A stretch of 63,566 bases of DNA, filler included, from Octopus bimaculoides (GCF_001194135.2; 6 parts of 6 records of this genome joined end to end with filler, not necessarily neighbours in it); one strand, 5' to 3'; positions 27,095 to 42,392 are shown, counted from the first letter of the whole stretch. Program-made: numbers and translations. The notes: a model not told the origin generated them from the letters alone.

Positions 27095-28978
27095 GTAAGT
27101 TTACTTGCTTGTCTTTAGGTGTGTCTTCATATATATGTACATGTCTACAACACACACATGCATATATAAGTGACTAATTGACAGACATGTTGGCTAGATT
27201 GCTTTTCAATAATCATTGCAGCTTTCTGTGTCCTGAGTTCAAACCCTGCCAAGTTCATCTTTGCCTTTCATCCTTCTGGAGTTAGTAAATGAAATAGCAG
27301 CCCTGTTCTTGATTGATCCTCCCTTTTACTTTCACTCTTGCTTTCTATCCCTTTATCTTTCTCCTTGAAGAAATCTTCTGTGGTCTGGCCTAGAGAAGGA
27401 TGGGATTCATCAGAACTAAAAATATTCAAGACATGCTGTGTCATGATGATATTTCCATATATACATACATCTACTATATAAATGTGAGTGTATGTGTATA
27501 TGTCTGTTGGTAAGGCTTCGAAATGGTGTGTCCTTGAGAAAACAGATTTGATTTTCAAAATCTGTGTCTCAATAGGAAGGTTTTTAGTAATTTGTAATAA
27601 ACAAATTTAATTTGCTACAAGAAATAGCTCAACTTTTAGATCACTAAATCTACCACTCTCTATCTGTCTTTATCAGGCTCTTCTCTTTAATGTCTTTCTC
27701 CTCTGTATATTTAGCATACTCTTTATCACTCTATATATCTCTGATACATGCTGTTCCCCCCCCCCTCTCTCTTTCTCTTCATATGACATGTAGTTCAATG
27801 TCAACAGCATCTGTCTCTGTGTAAATTATTTACACTATGTAAATTATTTACATGCCTGTTCAACTGTTTTACGTAACTATTCATTAAAACTTATTACAAC
27901 TTTCATTGTTGTAATGTTTAAAACTTCGTTGACTTGTTTTCATTTTGTGTTGGACAGCTATCACACAGAAAATGCTAGCTTCCTAATCTTGTTTTCATGA
28001 TCAAACTTTAAACCTCTAATATTTTCCTAAAAGCTTCTGGAATAAATGAATCACAAAATCGGATTTACCAAAAAAAATACATCAATATATCAAATTAGAA
28101 AATTTTCGCTTAATTTTGAAGTCTGAAAATCTGTTACAGCTACAGAAAAGATCCCTCTGTATATGTATGTTGTTCATGCTGTGTGTGTGTAAGGAATTTC
28201 ATTAGGGCAACAGAGTTGAAAGACTCTCACAAAGCATCAACTGTAAGCTAAGAAAAATTTTTACATCTATGTATCAAGTGGAAAAACAAAAATTTAGTTC
28301 ATGGATAGATTATAAATTGTCCCAGATAATACAGAAATCTATCCTGATCAAGAGGCATATCTGTTGGAGAAGACATGGTCTAACATGGAAGAAAAAAAAA
28401 TTGAAATCTATCTGATTAACAATTATTCTCTTGTTTTTACTGTGTGACAAGTCTTAAAATAAGTCTCGTAAGGTCACAGTGTTAAACATTTTGAATACCT
28501 TCATCACCATTACCTCTACCATCACTTCTATGCTTGTGTAGGTTGGTTAGGTTTTCTTCAGTACAGTGTCTTGCTGAAATTATGGTCCTTTATAATTTCC
28601 TCTTCATGGCTACCAACCTCCAGCATTTAACCATGTTTTCTCATGTCTTCCTTTGTCTTCATCTTCAGTAGGTTACATCATGTCTCATCTTTACCTTACT
28701 GTCATCTTCCATATACATCACATGTCTCTACTGACACAGACTTCAGTCTTTGCACATACAGCTGAGGGTTCTTTCAGCTTCTAGACCTTCATCTGTCTAA
28801 CTCCTACACCATTGTTACTAACCACCTGTCTATGTTGAGTGGTGCATTTGGCACTTGTACGTTTTCCCACCACTGTCCACATTTAAACCTCAAATTCTTT
28901 TACTATAATTGTTTCACCCTTTCATCGAGAGCTCAGCAGACAGCAGCCACTTACACACACACACACACACACACACGC

Positions 28979-29009
<31 letters not shown>

Positions 29010-29010
29010 T

Positions 29011-29051
<41 letters not shown>

Positions 29052-30595
29052 GATATTCATCCTCTCTTCCTTCACGCATAGAGGCGTGTGGGGTTGATGT
29101 TAAAGCATGCTGAATGGAAGTTAATAAACATTTACTGCTGTCACCCAGTATGCTAGAAGCAGCAGTTACGTTCCCACTATTGTTGCTCAACATGCTCCAC
29201 AAAATAGCTACATCCCCTTTCTGTCAGTATGCTTAATGCTGCTTGAACTGGTAATCTTTTAACCCTTTAGTCTTCAGATTACTCTGTCAAATGTAAAGCT
29301 TATTTATTTACATTTTCACTTAATCATGCATTATCACATAGCTTCAAGAGTTTGATGATGTGATTGTTTATTTTTAGAGTGACATTGTGGGATAGGTATG
29401 AGAAGCTGGATCTGGTCAGTTTGAACATTAAAACAGAATATTTTGGCTGGATATGGCCAGTTTAAATACTAAAGGATTAATCATGTTTATTTGACCATTT
29501 CCCATCTACCATATGTTAGAGGGGTTTGCAAGAATTCCTTTTTATGACTCAATTTAATTTGTGTATCCTTTAATACTTAATCCTTCAACATTTAAACTGG
29601 CTATAACCAGCTCAAATATACAACCTGTTTCATGTTCAAGATGCTCAAATCTGACCCCTTGCACCTATTTTACAATGCCATTCTGAAAATATACAATCAC
29701 ATCATTGAAATCTTGATGCTGTGAGATAATACCTAATTACTTGAAAACAGTGTGAATAAAGAAGCATTACATTTTGTAGAGTAATCTGAATGCTAAAGAG
29801 TTCTCATCTGGTCAACTTCTACTCATATTAGCCAATGTCTTTGATGTTCAGCTTGTGTTTTCCAATGTATTTCTGCTGTTGAGTGATTTTCAGGAGTAAA
29901 CATGGTATGTCCTGTAGTATGCACCTCTACACTTCCTTTGATTTTAATATCCTCATCATTTTGCATTTGCTCTTCATACTGGCATGGGTGTAATAGATTG
30001 TTACACTCTGAGTTGGTTCCTATTTGGAGTTACTGCTTGCTATTTGGGTTGGAGGATCATGCCTCACTTGTGTATTATTACAGTTGGATGCCCTTCTAAT
30101 CAGCAACCCCTTTATAGTGTGTACTGGGTGCATTTTATTGCGGCACCAACACTAGAAAAGCTGTCTTGTCCTTGATTCTGTGGTGCCACCTATTGATTGC
30201 AAACCTCTTTATAGTGAGTATCTGGTGCATTGAATCACAACACCAGCATTAGTGAGGTTGCCTTGTAACACACAAAGCTAGTGAGTCTTTGCTACTCTTT
30301 AATAAATCATAGCTGTTGAATCAAAATATGAGATCTGTTAGCTTACTGGAAGGGGTTGCATGTGTAATAAATTCCTTATGTTTTGGGTCAGAGATTGTTA
30401 TAACTTTGATGAAAATTCTCAGTTTGACGTGCACTATAATCTTCGTCCCTCCTTCATGGCAGACAGCTTATCTTATTGTTTGTCTTTATTGTTTTGATTG
30501 TTGTCACTTCCTTATTCTTTGAGTTTGATTTCTTATGATTACAAATTATTGCTCCTGAGTATAATTTATTTGGATATCTTCCATATTTATTTCAG

Positions 30596-30658
30596 ACGAC
30601 AACTGTTGAAACTGCTCAGAGCATTCTTTATGAAGGCAAAAGACTCGACACAAAAAAG
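30596..30658 (+). CDS. UCKL1: UCKL1 internal coding exon D
   Basis: tttcAG acceptor, GTACCT donor at 30659. 63 nt, phase 0->0, encoding TTTVETAQSILYEGKRLDTKK. Same 21-aa length and V.T.Q...Y.GK pattern as human [21 protein letters not shown]. Confidence 0.85.
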
Positions 30659-30717
30659 GTACCTCCCTAACACTTTAGATTTTTATTCAGAAAATATAAA
30701 TTTGATTTAAATATTTA

Positions 30718-31085
30718 CTTTACTTGTTTCAGACTATGGCCACACTGGAGCACAGCCTTGAAGAATTTTTAGTCAAAAGAATCAACTTCAGAACTTATCT
30801 TTTTGAGCCTGGCACTTATTCTATCAGTCTCTTTTGCTGAACCACTAAGTTATGGGGACATAAACGCACTAACACCAGTTGTCAAGCAGTGGTGGGAGAC
30901 AAACACACACACACACACACACACATGATGAGCTTCTTTCAGTTTCTGTCTACCAAATCCACTTACAAGGCTTTGGTTGGCACAAGGCTATAGTAGAAGA
31001 CATGCCCAAGGTGCCACTCCGTGGGACTGAATCTGGAACCATGTGGTTGGGAAGCAAGCTTCTTACCACACAGCAATGCCTGTGC
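30718..31085 (-). mobile_element. SINE family 1, near full length, in a UCKL1 intron
   Basis: Contains the head (CCACACAGC..GGAACCATGTGGTTGGGAAGC), the core CCAAATCCAC..GAAGAC..CCCAAGGTGCC, an internal (CA)n tract and the 3' part. Confidence 0.85.
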
Positions 31086-31986
31086 CTAATAATAAGTTTT
31101 ACTGAATAGATAAAAACATGTGTTTATTTGTAATACATATAATAAATACATAAAATATGTAGCAGAAGGTTAGAACTCTGCTGCATAGTTTGTTTTGTTT
31201 CTCATATAAAGCCATGGTGAAGGAGTATGGCTTAGTAATTAGAGTGTTGAGCTTGATGACCATGGGTTACATTCCTGAACTGGATGGTTGGTGTATTGTG
31301 TTATTGATCAAGGTACTCCATTCCATATTGCTTCAGTGTATTGAGCTGGATTACCCCTTGTGTGCTGGTGTCATTTAAATCATTCAGTCATTATCCTTCA
31401 TTTCTTCTTAAACTACAAATGAATATAATTGGCTATATAGTTGATTGCACAAAACCTTTTAGCGATGAGTGTGTGTGAAGATATTAATTAATTATCCATT
31501 GTATCTCTCCATTTTCAAACTTTTTATATCTTTAAGACGTTTGGATATATAATTTGATGAAGCAGAGGTAAAATCAATGTCTTCACAAGATGTACTTTTT
31601 ATTTCTTCCTTCCCAAAACGCAAGATTCAAAAACGCCATCTGATGTCATCAACAATAAAACAATCCAACGAGTCCATCTTTTAAACACACAGGTGTGTTA
31701 ATGTCTATCACCACAACAAAACTTAATTATATATATATATGCGCATGCAGCTATACACACACACACACACACACACACATTAATTACTAGACAACATATT
31801 CTTGGTTTATTAAAATTATTTCCACGTCCAGAGGATGTCAATTATTTCCAAATGGTAGTTATTTCTCCTTCTCAAATGGATCAAGTTTTTATTATACCGT
31901 ATTTGTTGTTCAAATACATGCCACTGGCTGTTCTGAGTTATTTCCCTTCGCTCAGTTTCCTCAAATGTTATACACACACACACACA

Positions 31987-32275
31987 CACAGGGTGAAACA
32001 AAAGTCATGCATCATAGGGATAATTTATTATAAGTATAATTTCACGTGAAAATTTTATTTGCTAGTTATTTGTTGTATGTGCTGTTCAAAATGCCCCACT
32101 TCCTTTTCATAACACATTTCAATTCTGTGCCAGCATATTCATTAACATGTCGGAGAGTTTCCTTTGTTATTTTACTGCAGTCATTTTCAGTTCTTTCTTT
32201 AAGTTCCTCGATATTTCTAGGGCATGTCTGATAAAGAACTGATTTCAAATGACTCCAAAATTGTTTCTGCTAGTC
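31987..32275 (-). mobile_element. Tc1/mariner-superfamily 3' fragment
   Basis: Minus-strand WSHLKSVLYQTCPRNIEELKE..C..IT.ETL matches Tc1-type C-termini. CAGGGTG terminus at ~31990. Confidence 0.7.
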
Positions 32276-32489
32276 AGAAAATATCAGAACAAATTAGATA
32301 CTTAAAACATTATTAATTGACTCCTATGGTGTGTGACTTTTGCCTCACTCTGTATATATATATATATATATATATATNNNNNNNNNNNNNNNNNNNNNNN
32401 NNNNNNNNNNNNNNNNNNNNNNNNNNNNNNNNNNNNNNNNNNNNNNNNNNNNNNNNNNNNNNNNNNNNNNNNNNNATATATATAATCAA

Positions 32490-33810
32490 GTATTGACCAG
32501 GCTATCAGGTGCTGTTATAGACTGCTGGTCAGGTGCTGTTATACACAGCTGGTCACAATGTGCTTCTACTTCTGTTTTGATTGCACCATTCTTTTCCATC
32601 TTGACTCAAATCACTTAACCAAATCGTCTTCCCATCGTCATGGAGGCCTTCCAAGTGGCCTTTTCTGGTCTCTTGGACACCACTTGGCAACTGCATGAGT
32701 CCATTTGTTGTCTGTAAATCTTGTGACATGTCCAGCTCAGAGGAATTTGTGCTTTCATGTATTGTGCAATCATGTCCTTCACTTTGCTCCATTCTTGAAT
32801 TATCTCGTGTCAGATATGTTCTTGTAATGATATTCCTAGCATGGATCTTTCCATGATGCTTTGTATCATAGCCAGTTGATATATCCTCTTTGTAGTTAAA
32901 GTATAGTATAAGAGTGCTGGTAGGAAGATACTATTGAAGAGTCTGACATGCATGGTATTCTCTATCTTTGTCTTGAGCACATCCTTTATTGTGGTAAACA
33001 CCTTCCATCATGCTCTTATTCTCTTTGAAATTTCAGATTCCTTATCTTGGAACATATTCACTGTGTACCCTAAGCAGACACACTCCTTTGCCTTCTCAAT
33101 TTCATCACTTCCCATCTCTGTTTGGCTTTGTGCTATATCTTCCAGCCACATACATTTTGTTTTCATGTAGTTCATTTGAAGACTTATTGCTAAGCTCTGG
33201 GTGTCCAGCTCTGTCAGCATGGTCTGCTGTTGATCTGTGGTTTCAGTGATGAGTGTAATGTCATCTGCGAATTGGAGAGGTGTTGCTTGCCATTGATGTT
33301 CATGCCACCTGTTCAGTCAATGTCCTTGATGACCATTTCTAGACTTGCAGTTAAGAGCTTTAGAGAGGTGGTATCTGCTTAATACCCTTCTCAATTCTGG
33401 TGGTGATAACAGAACTATATCTGTTGTGCATCCAGAGTTCGCATCTATGCAGTTTGATGTATAGTTTGCATTTCCAGTGATTTTAACACTACATTTGTCT
33501 TGATACTATTGAAGACTTATCTGTAGTCAACAAAAGTGATCCTCGGAAGAAGCTTGTATTTGTTTGCTCATTTCATGAGTTTTGTTAGAGTGAATGTGTG
33601 ATCTATAGTACCGTAGTTCTAACGGAAACCTTTTCTCTCTCTCTGCTGCTGGTCATCAAGATGTTTTGATAGTCTGGTGACTATGACCTTTGTAAACAGT
33701 TTATAGAGATGAGGCAAGAATATAGAACAAAGATTTTCCACAGCTCTTCACTGCCACACCTTAGCATCTCTGTTGTGATACCATTCTCATTCTATGGTTT
33801 TTCTTAATGA
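32490..33810 (-). mobile_element. RTE-clade LINE, RT region and 3' end, decayed
   Basis: Minus-strand LQFADDI (YADD box), MNYMKTK.M, EIEK..E.V.LG, EISKRIRA.W and LFNS..LPALLY..MERSMLGISL. Confidence 0.85.
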
Positions 33811-33849
33811 AAGTTTACTCATGTACTGTGATGTTGGTTATATTTGTAG

Positions 33850-33999
<150 letters not shown>

Positions 34000-35106
34000 T
34001 AAATTAAACCTTACATAGTCTATTGTATATTTGGTCATTTTCAAATATTCACAGGTGATTCTTATTTAAACTACCAGCATTTTGGCTTCTCACATGTGAC
34101 TGTATTTCTCTCCCCCATACATACAACCATATTTAAATGTCTGTCTGTTTGTCCTGCTACTGTTTAGGGTAAGGAAACCCCTGCCTGTGGGTGCAATTGC
34201 ATCCGTGAGCCCATTTTATTGTGTCTACAGGCTGAGATACACGTTTGTACAAAATATAGTAAAGTTTTCAATTATAAAATATATACAATACTCGTATGCC
34301 ACTTTGCGACATAGGTCGTGTTTCCACTCTGACTTAAAATGGTTAGACTCGAACAGAAAATCGTTCAGTAATTGCCATTTGAATGGAAATTTTGTTTTCA
34401 TTATAAAACACATATTGCTAGGTTTCTACCACCTCCTTGAGACCCAACTACACTCTAGCTGAAAAATATAAAATATCTCATAAGTAATATAAATGTCCTA
34501 AATTCAGTGGTGGTGTTAATGAAAATGTTAACTGTTAATTTAATGTTTTAAACTTATCTTTATTAATGTATATCGAATTATACATAAATATATACAAGAT
34601 TTACACAGATATAAGAGAACTTGTATCTGCCCGTGGACCTGTCTTTTTCGGAAATTTTTGCCCGCTGCACTAAAAAGTTTCCCAACGCCTGGTTTAGGGA
34701 GATAAATTAATGAAGGGGATCTGCTTGATTCTTTGACCAGTTAGAAATTGCAGCCAAATCTTCAAATTACACTGTATGATGAAGGAACCTCTACATGGTT
34801 ACTACATCTACAAATAGCACTAAATTTTCCTTAGCTCACATCGATGTTCTGATAAAAAGGAAGGTGATGCTGGATAATGTAATCTGGGGTAAGACTATTC
34901 CTAGAAAAAACAAGTAAGTTATCATTGCTGGAACCTTTTTATTCATAGGGCTCTTCAGTTATTTGGGTTGACCTGTGGTTAAACAAGAAGTGTGCCTTTG
35001 ACATTGTTAGTCCCTGCTATGATTGTTGGTCTTTTCGATTACTTAGTATTGGTTGTGTTGTTGTTCACTTATCATTGTTTATATTCTGTATTTGTTTCTT
35101 ATTCAG

Positions 35107-35272
35107 CTCCATTACCAACGTCTGCCTCGAGACATCCAAGACTGCCATGTCATGTTAATGGATGCCACTGTTGCAACTGGTGCTGCTGCTATGATGGCCA
35201 TCCGAGTGTTGTTGGATCATGATGTGCCAGAAGAAAACATAACACTGCTGTCTTTGTTGATGGCTGTTTCAG
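35107..35272 (+). CDS. UCKL1: UCKL1 internal coding exon F (PRPP-binding-motif region)
   Basis: attcAG acceptor, GTGAGT donor at 35273. 166 nt, phase 0->1, encoding [55 protein letters not shown](G). [18 protein letters not shown] is characteristic of UCKL1 rather than stand-alone UPRT. Confidence 0.97.
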
Positions 35273-35751
35273 GTGAGTTGCATCAAAAGATCAGTGCTTG
35301 TGCCTACTATTGACATTCCAGCTGTACCAGCACACAACACTACGCTTATCCTCTCCTTTCAACATACCCAGCACTCAGTCACCAAGAAATTAGGTGCCAC
35401 TATTTGGGTCTCATTTGTTGCTCAGCTATTTCAGAAACTACTGTAAAGATGTCCTAATTAAGTTTTATGAGTAATTACTAATGTAGAACGGGGAAAAAAG
35501 AAGACATTTTTTGCATCCTTCTAATAGCTTTAAAGTTTTGTTCCTTTAGAAAGTTAATTGATGCTAAGTAAATGGCTCGTCTCTAGTCAGCAAGTCATAT
35601 CCTGGGTGAGCTACAGAAAATGAAATGCTTTACACCAAAATGAAATGCTATAGAAATAAACTCTCTCTCTTACACACACTTAGCTATACAATTTTTTTGA
35701 GGTCTTGGCAGCTATAGTAGCAGCCAGAAGTGTTAATATAATAGATAGTAA

Positions 35752-35970
35752 CAAGGCGCTGAACTGGCAGAATCGTTATCACACCAGGCAAAATGCTTGG
35801 CAGCACATTTTGTCTGTCTTTACATTTTCAGTTGAAATTCTGCTGAGGTTGATTTTGCTTTTCATCTTTTCAGTGTTGATAAAAATAAGTACCAGTTGAA
35901 CACTGGGCTTGATGTAATTGACTTATACTTTGCCTCGAAATTGCTGGCCTTGTGCCAAAATTTAAAATCA
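35752..35970 (+). mobile_element. tRNA-derived SINE family 2 (Nin/Deu-like core), in a UCKL1 intron
   Basis: AAGGCG..CTGGCAGAATCGTT head, then TTTTGCTTTTCATCTTTTC..GATAAAAATAAGTACCAG core, ending GGCCTTGTGCCAAAATTT. Confidence 0.8.
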
Positions 35971-37139
35971 GCATAATTGATAGTAACAAGTATTTCAGTG
36001 TAAAGTACATTGTAACACTGACACCATATCTACAGAAAAGTTTTCTCTGATCTTCATTTGAAAACATTTTGGTTAATGTCATACGAAATATTTCTGATTA
36101 AGCAAAAGAATGTAAATGAACATAATTGTATCTATTAGTGCGGGGGTGGAGGCATTAACTATCATGTTTTAGCAATATTAAGGATAGGAAATTGGGTCGA
36201 ATATTGTAGTCTTTGTTCTGGCTCTTTAGGTCAGCTTTCACTTACATCCTGTCAAAGTTGATAAAATAAAATACTGGTCAAATGTTAGTATATTTAACTC
36301 TCATATTTTAGTGATATTAAATGTGAAAATGTCTGTTCTCTGAGTTCAAATCCCACTGATGTCAACTTTGCCTTTCATCATTTTGAGATTAATAACTAAA
36401 TAAAGTGCCAGTCTAAGATAGTGGCTGAGTGGAGCAGGTAAATTGTCAAATGAAATGCCTTATGGTACCTATTTCAGCATTCTATGTTCATGTCCTGTTT
36501 CTTGTCAGTGTGCAGAGTGGGACATTTCCACTTCTATGAGGAGGTGTCCCTGACAGATAGTTCCACATTTCTCAGGAGGTGACGGATAGTAGTGGGACAA
36601 ATAATGGAGCCATAGTTTCTTTGGTTTGATTGGAAGTTCAGCTACTGCCACCAGCACTGCCTTAGCTAGTTAGTTCCAGTTATATATTTAATAGTGTGTT
36701 TGCTAACTTTAAATCTTAATAGTATTTTGGTAATGATGGGATTGGCTCCCTTATCAAGATATTTAAAAGAAATAGTAAAACCTGAGGAAGCTAGCAATGC
36801 TCTTTCTTGGCAAAAAAATAATGCAAATAATTCAGACATTGAAATAAATTTGATGCCATGATAAATTCCGCTCATTGCATAATATTTATTCCAGGGTTGA
36901 ATTAGTTGCAATCCATATGTGTGTGTCATTCTACATCCTTCATCATTGTCATCATCATTGTTTAACATCTGCCTTCCATGCTGGCATGGGTTGGATGGTT
37001 TGACAGGAGCCAGCCAGCCAGCTAGAAGACTGTACCAGGCCACTGTGTCTGTTGACATGGTTTTTACAGCTGGATGCCCTGCCACATACCAACCACTTCA
37101 CAATGTGGACTGGATGCTTTTTCAAATCCTGTACCAATA

Positions 37140-37472
37140 TATATATGGAAATTTCATCCAAACTATCAACCCTCATCACAACGATAGAAACACAATCCTC
37201 TATCTTAAAAGAAATAGAAAAACAATCAACAGATGGAAAACTCATCAACGAACATATAAACAATGAAATGAAGAATCTCACGGAAATCATACCAACAATT
37301 ATAAAGTCTACCAAAGAAAATCTACCACAACCTCCGTGGATATCAGAAATAAATGAAAGAAATCTGGAAAATGAAGCCCACCGAAAAAGAAAAGAAATTT
37401 GGCAGACATGGAAGAAATCTCTCAATATAAGAAAACAAAACTTCTGGAAAGCATATAAATGCGAAAAATATG
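37140..37472 (+). mobile_element. Stop-free retroelement-like ORF fragment cut by the spacer (possibly Penelope-like N-terminus)
   Basis: Open frame ..PPWISEINERNLENEAHRKRKEIWQTWKKSLNIRKQNFWKAYK with no splice context. Family not established. Confidence 0.35.
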
Positions 37473-37572
37473 NNNNNNNNNNNNNNNNNNNNNNNNNNNN
37501 NNNNNNNNNNNNNNNNTTAATTAATTAANNNNNNNNNNNNNNNNNNNNNNNNNNNNNNNNNNNNNNNNNNNN
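37473..37572. other. Artificial 100-bp assembly spacer
   Basis: TTAATTAATTAA at 37517-37528 with 44 N on each side. Confidence 0.97.
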
Positions 37573-38828
37573 ATATATATATGGTTCCGGATGGATTCAG
37601 CCCAACTGCCTGGCACCTTAGGTCTTCTACTAAAACCTCGGACCGACCAAAGCTTTGTGAGTGGATTTGGTAGACAGAAACTGAAAGAAAACTGTCGTAT
37701 ACATACATACATAAATACATGCATGCATGCATACATCTATTACATAAGCATTTCGCCAGGCCCGTTAATGTTTCTGCCAACTCGCCGTGTCAGAATGCAA
37801 TCATTCATTTTAGAAATATATTCTTAATCTTAACATTATTGCGGCGTTACTTCTTACTTCCTCACTTATTGACAATAAATTTCATTACATTTCACTTCAT
37901 AACTTTTTTTCTATTAATTTTTGTTCAATGCGACTAACGATTCTGAATTTCTCATGCATTTTTCTATTATTTAAACCTAAGAAAAGTATATTTTTACTTT
38001 AAAAAAAATTACGTTAATTGAAGATGAATAGGTGCCTTATTTCTCCCCTTTGAGGTCGCAGATATTTTGATGTAACGTTTTTTCTACTGAACCAGAGCTC
38101 AAACTATTTATGCCAAAGTGTAGCTGAGGAGGTGTCCTCTTTAAAACTGTTAACAGNNNNNNNNNNNNNNNNNNNNNNNNNNNNNNNNNNNNNNNNNNNN
38201 NNNNNNNNNNNNNNNNNNNNNNNNNNNNNNNNNNNNNNNNNNNNNNNNNNNNNNNNNNNNNNNNNNNNNNNNNNNNNNNNNNNNNNNNNNNNNNNNNNNN
38301 NNNNNNNNNNNNNNNNNNNNNNNNNNNNNNNNNNNNNNNNNNNNNNNNNNNNNNNNNNNNNNNNNNNNNNNNNNNNNNNNNNNNNNNNNNNNNNNNNNNN
38401 NNNNNNNNNNNNNNNNNNNNNNNNNNNNNNNNNNNNNNNNNNNNNNNNNNNNNNNNNNNNNNNNNNNNNNNNNNNNNNNNNNNNNNNNNNNNNNNNNNNN
38501 NNNNNNNNNNNNNNNNNNNNNNNNNNNNNNNNNNNNNNNNNNNNNNNNNNNNNNNNNNNNNNNNNNNNNNNNTATATATATATATATATCACACAAATAT
38601 ATATGTATGTCTGTATATATTTATGTATGTGTCTTTGTGTCTGTGTTTGCCCCACCATCACTTGACAACTGTAACTTAGTGGTTCGCCAAAAGAGACGGA
38701 TAGAATAAGTATCAGACTTACATAGTCCTGGGGTCGACTTTTTCAACTAAAAAAAAAAACCTTTAAAGTGATGCTCCAGTATGGCCACAGTCAAATAACT
38801 GAAAAAAGTAAAAGAATGAAAAATAAGA

Positions 38829-38860
<32 letters not shown>

Positions 38861-39454
38861 GTGTATAGAAACGATACGCGTTAACAGAATTTTCCGATTC
38901 AAGTCCAAGTCTGCTGCAAACCTTTCTAGAGTATCCATGTAAATGGAGTAACAACCAACCACTTTGTACTGGCATGAAGTCGTATGATGTGTAATAGCGA
39001 AATCAAACCAAATAATATTTTGAATGCATTCAATGTGTATTTTTGAGATTTTGAGATGAATTTTTTTTCATCTATTATGCAATGATCTGAAACGTACATA
39101 TTAAATGCATTTAAAATATCATTTTTTGGCTTGACTTCATTACTCACACATACGAACACACACGCACACACACACACACATATATGTGTATGTTTTTTTA
39201 ATTCTTTTACTTATTTCAGTCATTTGACTGCAGCCATGCTAGAGCACCGTCTTAAAGGGTTTTTCAGTCGAAGAACTCGACCCCAAGATTTATTCTTTGT
39301 GAGCCTAATACTTATTCTATCATTTCCTTTGGCCGAACTTCTATATTAAGGGATTTAAACACACTAACACCAGTTGTCAAACAGTGATGGAGGGACAAAC
39401 GCATACACAAAACTGTGATGGAAGGACAAAGACATACACACACACACACACACG

Positions 39455-39504
<50 letters not shown>

Positions 39505-41457
39505 NNNNNNNNNNNNNNNNNNNNNNNNNNNNNNNNNNNNNNNNNNNNNNNNNNNNNNNNNNNNNNNNNNNNNNNNNNNNNNNNNNNNNNNNNNNNNNNN
39601 NNNNNNNNNNNNNNNNNNNNNNNNNNNNNNNNNNNNNNNNNNNNNNNNNNNNNNNNNNNNNNNNNNNNNNNNNNNNNNNNNNNNNNNNNNNNNNNNNNNN
39701 NNNNNNNNNNNNNNNNNNNNNNNNNNNNNNNNNNNNNNNNNNNNNNNNNNNNNNNNNNNNNNNNNNNNNNNNNNNNNNNNNNNNNNNNNNNNNNNNNNNN
39801 NNNNNNNNNNNNNNNNNNNNNNNNNNNNNNNNNNNNNNNNNNNNNNNNNNNNNNNNNNNNNNNNNNNNNNNNNNNNNNNNNNNNNNNNNNNNNNNNNNNN
39901 NNNNNNNNNNNNNNNNNNNNNNNNNNNNNNNNNNNNNNNNNNNNNNNNNNNNNNNNNNNNNNNNNNNNNNNNNNNNNNNNNNNNNNNNNNNNNNNNNNNN
40001 NNNNNNNNNNNNNNNNNNNNNNNNNNNNNNNNNNNNNNNNNNNNNNNNNNNNNNNNNNNNNNNNNNNNNNNNNNNNNNNNATATATATATATATATATAT
40101 AATATCATATAATATAAATAGCATATATATGCATATATAGACACGCATACGTATATACGTATATAGCTATCCATATATCGGTACAGGACGTCACTAAAAC
40201 GTAAACATGAAATATGAAAATAACGTTGGGTACGCAAAAAACGAGAGAAACGAATGGAAAACAAAATAAGTAACATAAGTAAAATAAGTAACTGCGTGAT
40301 ACCTTGGGCAAGTGTATTCTGCTATAGTTTCGAGCCGACCAAAGCCTTTGTGAATGGATTTGGTAGACAGAAACTGAAAGATGCCAGTTGTACAATTATT
40401 GATATTTTGAATACATTTAAACGCACATTTCAAGTAAAAACGTAGCAAGTTGTTACATAGATACGCAACCTCTTCTGACATTACAAGTAAAGTACATTAG
40501 TAGGTTCAAAATTGCCCCTTCATAGTAGAGTGTATAAGTCGTCAAAAATCATATAGACAAACATAAAAGACAAACGAAAAGATAAAGAGAAAAGAGATAA
40601 GAGATACTTAAAGAAATATCTCAGGTGAAGTGGAATAATTAAAGATAACAATGACAAGTAAATTTAATGCCATTATCTGAATGAGAACAACAGATTTTAG
40701 TGTTTGGTTGAGATTTCTGCGTTGAATTTTCCAATCTTTCGTTGCAATAATGCCACAAATAACAGTTCTAGGTATAAAACGGGATGCATAATGCAACTTC
40801 AACTAAATTATGTCACCCTTCACCCCGAATTTTTCGACACTCATAATCAAATGTTAGATTCTGCCCTGAGAATTATTGTACATAAATTCCTGTTTGAAGT
40901 ACAGAGAAAAGTTTCAATATATTAGAAAACAAATACACTTTTTTAATATATATATAAAAGTCAATTCTAATGCTCTATGATAAACGAGTACATTCCTTGA
41001 AATAATCAGGAAAGTCATCGTCTCATAAGGTCACGTTAATATTAACAAGTGAGTTTCATTCTGAACTGAGGTAGATATAAAAATATACGTAAAGTAAAAT
41101 GAAAATATACAGAACAATGTTGTTCAAATAAATTCTCCGCAAATCCGCTAGTCATTTCAGAGAGAAATAAATTTGCAAATATATAATGAACTTAATGAAG
41201 AGCTTATTTGAATAGTTAATCGGGAAGTGCATCTTCGGTATGTATAATTCATTAGCTATTATCTTTATATCTGTAGATCGCTTTTATCTGAGATCATTGG
41301 AAGAATGTCAATGTCATGTCTATTAGATAGACTAATAATATCAGAATTTAAAATAGATAAACAATAATAATACGATGATTTCACGAATAAATTATATGAA
41401 TTATATATGTATGTGCATGTATAATCATATCTATGTCTGTACACACAAATACGCACG

Positions 41458-41544
<87 letters not shown>

Positions 41545-42353
41545 ATATATATACATATAAACACATACGCATGCACATAATTTGTGTATGGAACAAAAGA
41601 TATTAACAAGCAGATTAGAAAAAAAATGAGATATATACAAATCATGTATTTTGATAATTTTAGCTGGTAAAGTAATTTTGTATTTTCTTTGAAATAGTAA
41701 AACACTAGTTTAAGATAACTTGGCTAGGAAAAGGCATGTTGTAACATTAAAAAGGTCCATTGAGAATATAGTGCATGTTACAGTGAGAAAAAAAATAACC
41801 TGGAGGACAAAATTTTGCTTTTGAAAGCAGAATTACATATTACATTTAGGTAATTCATTTTTTACATACACTATAATGAGTAGATTTAATCCAGTTAAAT
41901 GAAAACCTCTTTCATTAGTAACTCTTCCTCTAATTTACTTAGGCCTATTCCGCATCCGAAATGGAAGATTGATTTGTATACAAGTGTGTGTGTATGTGCA
42001 CTTCCGTGTGTATATGCACTATTGCTGTGGTTGCACGTTTAAAACATTCACTTAGCAAACACATGGTTCCAAGTCTGTTCCGATTGCACAGTGTCCCCTG
42101 CCAATTTTTGCTATTAGAGCCTTGCAATGATCAATCAGTAGTAAATTTAGTGGACGCCAATTCCACACAATCCCACTATACACAGACACACACACACACA
42201 CGCTCATATGAGCATGTAATTTATGTTTCCCATTCGTTTGTGCTTTAATATTTGTCATTTTGCGTGGCTGTTTTTCGTTTGTGCACTTACTGTGCATTTT
42301 TTCACTTATGAAGTAACGGAACGCAACGCACCCTAGCTTTTTATTAACAGTAA

Positions 42354-42392
<39 letters not shown>

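Noticed and set aside
28180-28425. hAT/Charlie transposase trace (NFIRAT.., NTEI.., EIEIYL)
   Set aside because: Similarity too faint and frames too broken to support a call.
36500-36625. Candidate terminal UCKL1 exon
   Set aside because: The AG acceptors here give no GVH..AYAFP or GNFGDRY similarity in the required phase 1.
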